Origin: an uncultured Actinomycetes bacterium
GTDB taxonomy: Bacteria > Actinomycetota > Thermoleophilia > RBG-16-64-13
NCBI GenBank assembly: GCA_963841735.1
Contig: CAWJDT010000001.1
Span: 1,344,001 to 1,408,000, forward strand
Length of the DNA: 64,000 nucleotides
Direction of reading: 5' to 3'
A program made the translations under genes and the position numbers. Below the pieces are notes generated by a model. The model did not search any database and was not told the origin of the DNA. It was given only the letters and a program-made list of their open reading frames with translations. This document shows, piece after piece, positions 46,569 to 55,972 of this stretch. The first letter of the stretch is position 1. Each line of letters starts with the position of its first letter.

Positions 46569-48818
46569 GTGAAGAAGTCTCACGAACCAAAGGCACGGCG
46601 TTCGGCGATGGCGTTGGTGATGCTCTTTGCGGGAGTGTTACTGGGCTGCTTGGCCCCGGGCGGCTGGATGCTTCCCGGCACTGCCCGGGCCGCCGGCAAC
46701 CAGACCTTCGTCTTCGAGGGTAACGGCTACGGCCACGGGGCCGGCATGAGCCAGTGGGGCGCATGGCAGAAGGCCCGCGACGGCGAGACCTGGGCGCAGA
46801 TAGTGGCCTTCTACTATCCCAACACCACGGTGGTCGACAACGCCAACATCGAGATAAAGGTCAAGATCTCACCGTCGGTAACCAGTTGGGCTCAGGAGTA
46901 CTCGGAGGTGCAGCTCACCGGCACCGACTTGAGCAGCGCGGCGGCTCCCATGACCCTGATAGCCCATGACGCGGCCGGTGACCATACCCAGGAGATCGCC
47001 GCGGGGTTCTTCTGCGTCATCGTTCGGCGCGAGGACGGCAATGTGTACGTGACTACACCGGCCGGCGAGGAGGGCCCCTTCGACTGGGTGAAGGGGGTTC
47101 CGACTCTGGACGGCGGAGGCAACGAAGGCCGCATCAAGATCAGACTCCGTACCGTTTCGGGACTGCAGGCTGCCAAGGAATACTGGGGCAGTATGCAGGT
47201 GGCCAAGGCAGCGGCTGCCGGATACCTCAACGTCTACAACTACGTGCTCCTGGAGAAGTACACCCGCAGCATCGCCGAGGTCGATCCCGCTTGGGCCAAA
47301 GCGAGCGTGCCGGCATCGTATGCCCCGGAGGCGGTCAAGGCCCAAGCGGTGGCCGCCCGCACCTGGGGGGTGTACAAGCAGACGGGGTACGGATGGTTGA
47401 ACGACAACACCAAGGACGTTGCCTACGCCGGGTATACCTGGGAGGCGAACAACCCGGGTGTCGCGCAGGCCGCGGCAGACACGGCCGGCAAGGTGCTTTT
47501 CTACAACGGCAAGGCCATATCGTCCAGCTTCTCTGCCCATTCCGGCGGATACACATCGGCGAACCCCTGGGGATACTCCACTCCGGCCTACTGGCGGGTG
47601 GGCCCCGACCCGGCCAGTCTGAAGGCGCCTCCCTGGCGGCCGGCTTACTCCTGGAAGTGCTCGGTGTCGGTTGCCGCTCTCTCCACCGCCGTCAACAACT
47701 ACTTGAGCGGCCAAGGAGGCAGCAACCTAGGCAGCATCTACCGGGTGCGCATAGCCTCCCGGGACGTGCCCTCCGACCCCGCCAGCCACGCCCGCACTGT
47801 AGAGTTGGTGGGGACTCTGGGCACCACGACCATGCAGGCGGAGACCTTCCGGTATCTCATTCCCACCGACCCGGCCACCGGCGACAACGTCCGGTCGACG
47901 CTCTTCACCAAGATCGTCAACCCCTATGACACCTACGTCGGGGTGGACCGCTACGAGACCGCCCTCATGCTCTCGCGGGCCGGTTTTCCCAGCGGTGCCC
48001 CTGCTGCGGTGCTGGTCTCGGGCACCGACTTTCCCGACGCTCTGGTGGGAGCGCCTCTCGCTGGAGCTTATGACTCTCCGCTTCTGCTGACTCCTCCCAC
48101 CATTCTGCCGAGTAATGTCGCGGCGGAGCTGAAGCGGCTCAATCCGGCCAAAGTGTTCATCATAGGATTGCCGGCGAGTTTCGTGGGCAAAGTCAAGGCG
48201 GCTGTGCCCGGATTGGGCGCGGGGCAGGCGGTGCTGCTTTCGGGAAGCACCCGCTACCACACCGCCGCCCTCGTCGCGCAGGTGATGAAGGCCAAGCTCG
48301 GTAGCATCTCTGGGGTGATCATCGCCCCCGGCGACAAGTTCCCGGACGGGTTGGCGGCCGCTCCTTTGGGGGCCATCAAGGGCTGGCCCATCCTACTCAC
48401 CCCTGCCTTTGGTCCCTTTCCCAAGGTCTCAGCCGACGCCATTGTCGCTCTGGGTGTGAGTACCGGCATCGAAGTCGGCAGCTACGTGAATCCGGGTGTG
48501 CCGGGCTTCACCGTGATCGCGCGTTTCGCCGGAGTCGACCGCTACGACACCTGCGCGCGGATCGTGGAGTATGGTCTCAAGCAGGGACTGAACTTCTCCC
48601 ATCTGGCTGTCACTACCGGTGAGAAATTCCCCGACGCCCTCGCCTCGGGACCATATCTGGCGCTTGATGGCGGCACGCTGCTGCTGACGCCGGCCAGCGG
48701 CGCATCGCTCTATACTGCGGCAAGCCTCGCGGCCCACAAGGCTGAGATCGACCGGCTGGACTTCATCGGGCTGGGTGGCACTGCCATTCGACAGATCGTG
48801 GACCTCGTCAGTCGGTAA
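46569..48818 (+). CDS. Second SpoIID/LytB-domain protein with cell wall binding repeat 2
   Basis: GNGYGHGAGMSQWGA, EAVKAQAVAART; GVDRYETA, FPDAL/FPDGL x3. Confidence 0.88.
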   Translation: MKKSHEPKARRSAMALVMLFAGVLLGCLAPGGWMLPGTARAAGNQTFVFEGNGYGHGAGMSQWGAWQKARDGETWAQIVAFYYPNTTVVDNANIEIKVKISPSVTSWAQEYSEVQLTGTDLSSAAAPMTLIAHDAAGDHTQEIAAGFFCVIVRREDGNVYVTTPAGEEGPFDWVKGVPTLDGGGNEGRIKIRLRTVSGLQAAKEYWGSMQVAKAAAAGYLNVYNYVLLEKYTRSIAEVDPAWAKASVPASYAPEAVKAQAVAARTWGVYKQTGYGWLNDNTKDVAYAGYTWEANNPGVAQAAADTAGKVLFYNGKAISSSFSAHSGGYTSANPWGYSTPAYWRVGPDPASLKAPPWRPAYSWKCSVSVAALSTAVNNYLSGQGGSNLGSIYRVRIASRDVPSDPASHARTVELVGTLGTTTMQAETFRYLIPTDPATGDNVRSTLFTKIVNPYDTYVGVDRYETALMLSRAGFPSGAPAAVLVSGTDFPDALVGAPLAGAYDSPLLLTPPTILPSNVAAELKRLNPAKVFIIGLPASFVGKVKAAVPGLGAGQAVLLSGSTRYHTAALVAQVMKAKLGSISGVIIAPGDKFPDGLAAAPLGAIKGWPILLTPAFGPFPKVSADAIVALGVSTGIEVGSYVNPGVPGFTVIARFAGVDRYDTCARIVEYGLKQGLNFSHLAVTTGEKFPDALASGPYLALDGGTLLLTPASGASLYTAASLAAHKAEIDRLDFIGLGGTAIRQIVDLVSR

Positions 48819-48977
48819 CGCTGGGAGGGGCTCTTCGACGTGTAGTGGGAGAGCGGGCGCAATCGGGGAGCAAACGAGGGGGCGGCTACGCGATCCACCA
48901 CTTGGCCAGGTGATTCCGCCGGGGTAGATGTCTCGCTGGCTGCGCGCGGCTCCGAGTGGGCCGATAGCTACGAGCAT

Positions 48978-49436
48978 GTGGTCAGCAACAAGGCAGAGCG
49001 GCTGGTCCGCAGTCTTGCCGTGATCTTCCTCGATCGCGAACTGGCGGCGGACGCAGCCCAGGAGGCCTTCGTCCAGCTCTATCTCCATTGGGATGAGGTC
49101 ATCAAGGGCGGCGACCCGGAACCCTGGCTCTACCGGGTGGCTGTGAATCGGGGCAAGGACTACCGGAGAGCCATGGCTCGGGCCGCGCGGCTCTTTCAGC
49201 GTCTGGCCGACACCGCCGACCTGCGCCCGGTCGCACCGGAGTGGGAGCCACGAGCCGAGTTCATGAGCGTTCTCGGTCGTCTGCCGGCCCGCCAGCGAAC
49301 GGCGGCCGCTCTCTACTACGACGCCGACTTCTCGGTGGCCGAGATCGCCGCTGTCATGGGGATCTCCACCGGTTCGGTCAACAGTCACCTGCATCGGGCA
49401 CGCCAAGCTTTGAAAAGCATTTTGGAGGCGGAGTGA
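48978..49436 (+). CDS. ECF sigma-70 factor (SigE-like)
   Basis: AADAAQEAF, WLYRVAVN, LPARQR, SVAEIA..MGIS.GSV.SHLHRAR; true start may lie upstream. Confidence 0.85.
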   Translation: MVSNKAERLVRSLAVIFLDRELAADAAQEAFVQLYLHWDEVIKGGDPEPWLYRVAVNRGKDYRRAMARAARLFQRLADTADLRPVAPEWEPRAEFMSVLGRLPARQRTAAALYYDADFSVAEIAAVMGISTGSVNSHLHRARQALKSILEAE

Positions 49437-52411
49437 TGGACAGCAGACGGGTCGACGGACAGGCTGACGACAAGATCCGCGGGCTCTACCGCGAGAGCGC
49501 GCTACGGGCAGACACGGCCGTCTTCAGCGATAGGTTGCGGGTGAGATTGGCCGCGCAGCGGCCGCGCCGGGCGGCGGCGCTGCGGCGGGGTGCGGAGCGG
49601 GGGAGACCGGCAGGTTGGCGGTCGCGGCTGCGTGGCAGACCGTGGCGGTTGACGCTGGTCGCGACCGCGGGTGTCGTGGTACTCGGTGCGGTGGGCTTCG
49701 GTGTGTACGGAGTCGTGGAGCGCCTGGACCGCGATGAGCCCATGCTCGTCATCGGCGACGACAGCATGCTGGGCTCAACCGCGGTGCCCTCGGCTTACGA
49801 CGCTGTCTTGCCTTCAGGTGTGTCGGCGGTGGTGGGAACGTCGGGGTCGTCGCTGTGGTGCGTATCCCGGGTGTTCGGGTTCGCCACCGTGGAGGTTGAC
49901 GCTTCTCCGGTGCTTGCGGCCACGGGGACCATGGGCGACTTGGTGGCCTTCACCACCGAAGCCTCCGGAGCGGGTGACGTCTCTGTCTGGGATGTCTCGG
50001 AAACGGGTGCGGATACGGCTATCGCCACTCTTGCCGTGGGCGATCCCTCGCAGCCCATCGCGGCGATGGCGATGTCGCCGGATGGGACCATGCTCGCGGT
50101 GGCGCGTGTCGCGGTGACATCGACCGACGGCTCGTCTTGGATCGGGCGCCTGTACATGGTCGATCTGGTCACGGGCACCGCCGCGGAGTGGCAGTGGCCC
50201 GATGGGGAGGCCCCTCCGGCCGGGGCTATGCTCGATGGCTTGGTGTGGAGCCCGACCTCCGATCTCTTCTATGTGTCGTTCGAGCCGGTTCTGGAAGGCC
50301 CGGCCTTGGGCGGGAGCGCTCTCACCTACGTCTGTGAGCCTGCTACCGGCACGAGCACCGGGGCAGGGAGCCTGCGGACGGTGCGGGATGCCAACGCCAA
50401 CCGTGATGTCGTCTGGCTCCACCTCGGAACCGAAGGTATGGCCTCGAGCTACTACGCGTACCCCTCGCTCACCATCTTGCGTGACGGGCAACTGTCCACC
50501 ATGGAGCGGACGACTCGGAGCACCGTCGGTCCATTGTTCATCTCGGCCGACGGGGAGAGCGTGGTTCTGCAGGAGGACGCCTACGATGAGTCCGGTCAGG
50601 CGCAGAACCTTCTCGAGGTCATCCGTCACGGGGACGAAGGCTGGGCCGCAGCTCAGGTGGTAGCCCCGGCCTCTCTGCCGCACCTGACCAGTCTGGGTTT
50701 TGCCGGCGGGGACCGGTTCTATTTCGCTGCCGGCCCGAGCGTTGAGAATGACGGCTCCGCCACTCATTGGCAGCTTGGCGTGCTTGATCCGGTCACCGGC
50801 GACTATCAGATGCAGGCCGAGCTGCCGGTCGAGGGCAGCTCGCGGGTGGTCGGGCTGTGGACGCAGCCCTCGACACCGGAGGAGACGCCCGGTGACACGA
50901 GCACCACTATCCCGGCGACGACCACGACCTCGGAGCAGTCCTCGGCGCCGGCGCCGGTTACTTCGACGGCTTCTCTGCCGCTCAGCGAGGCGGCCGGCAC
51001 CACCGTCTTCAGCGCGGGCTGGGGCAGCGGACCGGGTCAGTTCGGCATAGACACGGCCTCGGGCGACTGGCTCTCCAGTCGGGGGCCGTCGGCCTTGTGG
51101 GTGACTGCCGACGAGCGGCTGTACATCCTCGATCCATCGAACCATCGTGTGCAGGTTGTCGGCTCGGATGGCACGGTGGGATCCGCCATACGCATCGACA
51201 TGGAGTATCCAATAGATGTCGCGGCGGCGGCCGATGGGACGGTGCTGGTATTGGGCCACATTCCCGACCCGGACGACGCCTCCCTGATCGTCGAGATCAT
51301 CCAGGCCTACAGCCCGGCTGGGGAGAAGCTGGGTGAATTCGCCGCGGCGTTCGATGGCGCCTGGCCGGTGGAGTTCAACGCCGACGAATCCACTGTCTAC
51401 TGCGCGTTTCAGCGCGACGTGGGCCAGGACGCCACCGACGCCCCGCTCACGGTCACCAAGTACGTCCCGGTGTACCGAGACGGGGAGTTGCTCGATCCTG
51501 CCTCCGGTTGGGAGACGGCCTCGTACGATCAACCCTTGGGCAACGGGCTGAGCCTGCGGGTGGGCGATCATCCCCCCGGAGAGGGAGCGGCCTCGGAGTC
51601 CATAGGCAACATCCACGTCTATTCCGGCGATCAGCCGGTGTTCTCCTCGGATCTGACGCCGGCCGACTACGGGGCGGTCACGGGTTTGGCCACCGATGCG
51701 GGTGAGGTTCTTGTGGCCAGGCGGTGGATCGTCTCGGATGATATGGACGGGACGCACATGGCCCATGCGGTGTGGGTGTACTCTCCCGCGGGGACTCCCA
51801 TTCAGCGCGTGGAGGTGCTTCAGCCGCTGCTGGGCACCTCAGATAGCAGCGGAGGCTCTCGCTCCCGGCTGTGCCGCAGCGGTGCGCTCTTCGTGCTCAC
51901 CACGACTGCCGGCGGGGTGAAGGTGCTCCGCTACGACCTGGGCGGGGGAGGCGTGTCGCAGCTCGCCACTCTTGCCGAACCGATGCCCGCCGACTTCGGC
52001 CTGGTGGCCAAGTACGGGTGGGGTGGCAGAGACGTCATCGACACGGTAGCGGGCACCGTCGTCAAGGACCTGATCGACGACGGCACCGTCGGCGCCCAGC
52101 TCAGTCTGACCAGCGCGGATTTGCAGGAGCTCTACCGCGGGCTCATCGACCTGGACATCCTTGGCTATCCGTCGCACTTTCAGCCGGCGCCCGGCGCTTC
52201 GGCGGCCGGCGGCGCGCGGGCGGAGTACTACTTGGAGATCAGGATGGGGGGTTTGGTGACCAAGTTCGTTATTTGGCAGGACCTCAATGGTTCGATCCAG
52301 CCGGAGGCGGTGGCTCTGCGCGAGTGGTTCGCCGAACTGCAACGGATGATCGAGGCCAAGCCCGAGTGGAAGGCGTTGCCTCCGGCAGTGGGCGTACGCG
52401 AGCAGGGCTAG
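49436..52411 (+). CDS. Large single-TM protein with beta-propeller-like extracellular domains (putative anti-sigma factor)
   Basis: TGATG coupling to sigma gene; Arg-rich N-terminus, TM, SPDG/WSP repeats, Thr linker, NHL-like LYILD..NHRVQV. Confidence 0.7.
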   Translation: MDSRRVDGQADDKIRGLYRESALRADTAVFSDRLRVRLAAQRPRRAAALRRGAERGRPAGWRSRLRGRPWRLTLVATAGVVVLGAVGFGVYGVVERLDRDEPMLVIGDDSMLGSTAVPSAYDAVLPSGVSAVVGTSGSSLWCVSRVFGFATVEVDASPVLAATGTMGDLVAFTTEASGAGDVSVWDVSETGADTAIATLAVGDPSQPIAAMAMSPDGTMLAVARVAVTSTDGSSWIGRLYMVDLVTGTAAEWQWPDGEAPPAGAMLDGLVWSPTSDLFYVSFEPVLEGPALGGSALTYVCEPATGTSTGAGSLRTVRDANANRDVVWLHLGTEGMASSYYAYPSLTILRDGQLSTMERTTRSTVGPLFISADGESVVLQEDAYDESGQAQNLLEVIRHGDEGWAAAQVVAPASLPHLTSLGFAGGDRFYFAAGPSVENDGSATHWQLGVLDPVTGDYQMQAELPVEGSSRVVGLWTQPSTPEETPGDTSTTIPATTTTSEQSSAPAPVTSTASLPLSEAAGTTVFSAGWGSGPGQFGIDTASGDWLSSRGPSALWVTADERLYILDPSNHRVQVVGSDGTVGSAIRIDMEYPIDVAAAADGTVLVLGHIPDPDDASLIVEIIQAYSPAGEKLGEFAAAFDGAWPVEFNADESTVYCAFQRDVGQDATDAPLTVTKYVPVYRDGELLDPASGWETASYDQPLGNGLSLRVGDHPPGEGAASESIGNIHVYSGDQPVFSSDLTPADYGAVTGLATDAGEVLVARRWIVSDDMDGTHMAHAVWVYSPAGTPIQRVEVLQPLLGTSDSSGGSRSRLCRSGALFVLTTTAGGVKVLRYDLGGGGVSQLATLAEPMPADFGLVAKYGWGGRDVIDTVAGTVVKDLIDDGTVGAQLSLTSADLQELYRGLIDLDILGYPSHFQPAPGASAAGGARAEYYLEIRMGGLVTKFVIWQDLNGSIQPEAVALREWFAELQRMIEAKPEWKALPPAVGVREQG

Positions 52412-52491
52412 GAGGCTGACTGGGGGAGGAAGGCGCGGTGCAGGCACGCAGCCCCTTCCCGCTACCCGTTGGACCCTCTAGACTGTCTGAC

Positions 52492-53253
52492 ATGGCGGAT
52501 GCGGCGAATACCACCCCGAGTGAGCGTCTCTATCTGGCCCTGTATCGGAAGTCGATCAAGCGCCTGAGACGGCGGGGACTGAGCGACGACGATGCGGCCC
52601 GGGTCGCGCGCGTGGTCGCCAAGAAGGCCGTCGAGAGGGCCAAGGCCCCGAACCTCAAATCCGACAAGGACTTCGCCGCCGTGGTGAGCTATGTCTGCGG
52701 GGAGTTGAGCAAGGGCAAGAGCTTCTACGACCTCATCGGCGGACGGCCCTATCTGGCGACCGGCCGGATCGACAGGCTGGTAGCTACTTCCTCGTATGCG
52801 AAACCCCCCGTCGCCGCCGTCACGGCTCTGGCGGCCAAGAAAGCCGCCAAGCTGAGGAGGCTGTCCGGCTCGATGGCGGTGGTTTTCATGGCAGCCGCTC
52901 TGGTTACGCTGGGCCCCCTGCCCGCGCTGGCCGTGGGGATGGTGGTGGCCGCGGCCGCCGAGCTCTACGTGCAACTGGGCGTGCCCGCCTCCGTCAGGCT
53001 CACCCTTGCGCGTATCAGGCTGCCCCAGTACATCGGCGTGGCCGCCCTCCTCGGTCTTGGATACTCGGGGTACGACTGGTTGCACGACAGGGAACACCTT
53101 TACATCTACGGCGCCGCCGTCGCAGTGGCCGCAGTGCTGGTGTGGCTGGCTGTTCCGGGCCTCACTCTGGCCGTGATGGTGGGCCGCCGGGAGCGCAAGT
53201 GGCGGCAAGGCCTAGAGAAGCGGCTCGTAGAGGCCTTGCGTCAGCGCGTATAG
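52492..53253 (+). CDS. Hypothetical membrane protein (about 4 TM)
   Basis: Host-like codon usage; TAGACT 7 nt before ATG; basic N-terminal domain then hydrophobic helices. Confidence 0.7.
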   Translation: MADAANTTPSERLYLALYRKSIKRLRRRGLSDDDAARVARVVAKKAVERAKAPNLKSDKDFAAVVSYVCGELSKGKSFYDLIGGRPYLATGRIDRLVATSSYAKPPVAAVTALAAKKAAKLRRLSGSMAVVFMAAALVTLGPLPALAVGMVVAAAAELYVQLGVPASVRLTLARIRLPQYIGVAALLGLGYSGYDWLHDREHLYIYGAAVAVAAVLVWLAVPGLTLAVMVGRRERKWRQGLEKRLVEALRQRV

Positions 53254-54365
53254 GTCCAGATGTCGTTGAAGTAGGTCGCCCCGTCGGCTCCACCAAAGAG
53301 GAACAGCCGGCCTTTGCTGGAGTCATAGGCCAAAGCTTGACCGGAGCGGGCTACCGGCAGGGCCCCGGCGGGAGAGATCTGGGCCCAGGTGTTGGCCGCC
53401 GGATCGTACACCCACATATCGCCCATCGCGATGTTGCCGCTGGTGCCCCCGCCCACGAGGATCATCTTGCCGGTGCTCGCCTCGCATACCATGCGGGACA
53501 ACGCCCGGTTGGAAGGGCCTTCTCCGGCTGGGGCGGCGTCGGTCCAGGTGTTGGCGCCCGGGTCGTAGATCCAGGTGTCACCAAAGTCGGTGGTTTGACT
53601 CCATCCTCCAAAGAGGATCACTTTGCCGGTTTTGGCCTCAAAGGCCATGGCCTGGGAGTCGCGCGCCGCGGGAATGCTGCCGCCTGGCCTTAGCTCGGTC
53701 CAGGTGTTGGCGCCCGGATCGTACACCCAGGTGTCGTCGAATTCTTTAGCGCCGTTCCAGCCACCGAAGAGATACACCTTCTGGTTGGATGAGTCGTAGA
53801 CCAGGGAATGGCCATCGCGGGCCTCCGGCACGCTTCCAGACGGGCCCAAGTTGGTCCAGCTGTCGGCGTCGATGTCGTATGCCCAGGTATCACCGAGATA
53901 GACGGAGCCGTTGTACCCACCGAACATGAGCAGCCGACCTGTGTCGGGCAAGTAGACCACGGAGTGGAGCGCCCGGGCCGCAGGCGGGTTGCCGCCGGTA
54001 TCCAGGCTTGTCCAGGTGTTGGTCGTGAGGTCATAGCTCCATACCGTGTCGAAGAACTCGGTGCCACCCCAGCCCGCAAAAAGGAGCAGGCGGTCCGTAG
54101 TGGGTTCGTAGGTCAGCGTGCCGCCCATGCGGGCATCCGGTAGGTCCTCGGCGGCGCTCTGGGGGACCAGTTGGGTCCATGCGCCCGGCGCCTCCGTGGT
54201 GGTCGTGGTGGTGATGATCTCCACAGTGGTCGTGGTGAGGGGGGCGAGCGTTGTGCTTACGCTCGTGACCGAGGCCGTTGTCTCGGGCGTCCCAGAGCAC
54301 CCGAGGGTGCCCAGAACAATGACGAGGCATAGCCCCAGCATCACGACAAAACAGGACTTTCGCAT
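53241..54365 (-). CDS. Kelch-repeat lipoprotein
   Basis: Lipobox TLGC, Thr-rich linker, six P.AR..H/LFGG/DTW.YD...N.W repeats. Confidence 0.88.
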   Translation of the reverse strand: MRKSCFVVMLGLCLVIVLGTLGCSGTPETTASVTSVSTTLAPLTTTTVEIITTTTTTEAPGAWTQLVPQSAAEDLPDARMGGTLTYEPTTDRLLLFAGWGGTEFFDTVWSYDLTTNTWTSLDTGGNPPAARALHSVVYLPDTGRLLMFGGYNGSVYLGDTWAYDIDADSWTNLGPSGSVPEARDGHSLVYDSSNQKVYLFGGWNGAKEFDDTWVYDPGANTWTELRPGGSIPAARDSQAMAFEAKTGKVILFGGWSQTTDFGDTWIYDPGANTWTDAAPAGEGPSNRALSRMVCEASTGKMILVGGGTSGNIAMGDMWVYDPAANTWAQISPAGALPVARSGQALAYDSSKGRLFLFGGADGATYFNDIWTYTR

Positions 54366-54420
54366 GGTCTGCCCCTCCCGGACCGGCCCGTGGTGTACTC
54401 AGCCACACATGATATCGGTA

Positions 54421-55959
54421 CTATCCGCCTAGCGACCAGGTGTCGTTGAGACTCGACTCGTCGTTGTACCCTCCAAAGAGGATCATCCGGCCGGTCACCG
54501 GGTCGGCGGCGAAGGAGAAGCCGCTGCGCCCCTGGGGCACTTCGCCGGAGAAGGTGAGCTCGGTCCAGGAGCCGGCGACGGGGTCGTAGGCCCACGTGTC
54601 GCCGACAACAAAATCGCCGTCGTATCCCCCAAAGAGGATCACTTGCCGGCGGGTCGCGTCGTACGCCAGCGCGTGACCCACTCGTGGCATCGGTCGGTCG
54701 CCCAAGGGCGCGAGTTGGGCCCAGGTGTTGTCTGCCGGGTCATAGGCCCAGGTGTCACCGAGGTAGTTCACGTCGTCGTAGCCACCGAAGAGCAGTATCC
54801 GCCCCGAACTTGCGTCCAAAACCATCTTGTGGCCATCGCGCGCGCTTGGGACGTTCCCCCCGGGATTCAGCTTGGTCCAGGCGTTTGCCTGCAGATCGTA
54901 GGCCCAGGTCTCGTTGAGTTCGGTCGAAGCGAAGTCGTCCCACCCTCCGAAAAGGATCACCTTGCCTGTGTCTGGGTCGTACACCATGGCGTGATACGCG
55001 CGGGCGGCGGGAGTCTCTCCCCCGGGGTTCATCGGGGTCCAAGTGTTGGCCACGGGATCGTATGCCCAGGTGTCGTCCAGTTGTAGGTCTGCGCTCCACC
55101 CGCCAAAGACGATCACTTGGCGTCGAGCCTCGTCATAGGCCATTCCAAAGCCCACGCGGGCCGGCGGCAGTTCACCGTTCGGGCTGAGTTCGGTCCAGGT
55201 ATTGGTCACTGGGTCGTATTCCCAGGTGTCGTTGAGGGGGGTGTCGACGTCATACCCTCCAAACAGGATGTATTTGTCCCGCGCCCTATCGTAGACCATG
55301 TTGTGGCCGTCGCGGGCCTTCGGCACCGCGCCCGTCGGCTCGAGCTGCGCCCAGGTCACCGGGCCGACCACAGTGGTCGCGGTGGTAGTGGTCTCGGACG
55401 TGGTCGTGGAGGCGTCGTCCAGGGTGCCGGGAGTCTGGGCCTTGGTCGTGGTGGTCCTCCCGGTCACGACGGCGCCCCCCTGGTCGCCGCCGTCCTTGTC
55501 ATAGAAGGCGCCGAAGTAGATGCCCAGGCCTGCTCCGGCCAGCACCAAAACCGCGACTGGGATCACCCAGACAAGCCAAGAGCGGTTCTTGCGTGAGGGG
55601 TAGCCGCTAGGCCCCCCGGGGTAGGCGGGATACGCTCCGCCCTGGTAGGCCCCTGGGTATGCTCCGCCAGGGTATCCCGTGGGTCCCTGCGGACCGGGTC
55701 CCTGCGGACCCGGCGCCGCCATCGGCCAGGCGCTCGGGCTCGGTGGTGGCGGAGACGGTAGCGCGGGCAGCAGCCCCGGGATCTGCCCGGCAGGTAGCCA
55801 CTGCGGCAGCGACTGGGTCCAGACGAGATCGGCCGCCGTCAGTCCGCCCGATCGCGCCAGCGAAAGCAAATCCTCCCAAGTCAGCGGCCCCGTGGGTTGC
55901 CCGGAAGACGCGCCGGCCTTCGCGTAGAACCATCCTGAAGAAGCAGTATCCGCGTTCAT
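54421..55959 (-). CDS. GYF_2-like domain + Pro-rich + TM + Kelch-repeat protein
   Basis: WFY......GP....L..LA..G.L...DLVW...L..W..AG.IP.L; YPG repeats; TM; six Kelch repeats. Confidence 0.85.
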   Translation of the reverse strand: MNADTASSGWFYAKAGASSGQPTGPLTWEDLLSLARSGGLTAADLVWTQSLPQWLPAGQIPGLLPALPSPPPPSPSAWPMAAPGPQGPGPQGPTGYPGGAYPGAYQGGAYPAYPGGPSGYPSRKNRSWLVWVIPVAVLVLAGAGLGIYFGAFYDKDGGDQGGAVVTGRTTTTKAQTPGTLDDASTTTSETTTTATTVVGPVTWAQLEPTGAVPKARDGHNMVYDRARDKYILFGGYDVDTPLNDTWEYDPVTNTWTELSPNGELPPARVGFGMAYDEARRQVIVFGGWSADLQLDDTWAYDPVANTWTPMNPGGETPAARAYHAMVYDPDTGKVILFGGWDDFASTELNETWAYDLQANAWTKLNPGGNVPSARDGHKMVLDASSGRILLFGGYDDVNYLGDTWAYDPADNTWAQLAPLGDRPMPRVGHALAYDATRRQVILFGGYDGDFVVGDTWAYDPVAGSWTELTFSGEVPQGRSGFSFAADPVTGRMILFGGYNDESSLNDTWSLGG

Positions 55960-55972
55960 GGCTATGTCCTTG

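Noticed and set aside
49814-51766. Long antisense/overlapping ORFs (also 18353-20422, 16496-17719, 12415-13323, 8378-9337)
   Set aside because: Shadow frames of high-GC genes with Arg/His/Gly-rich composition and no motifs
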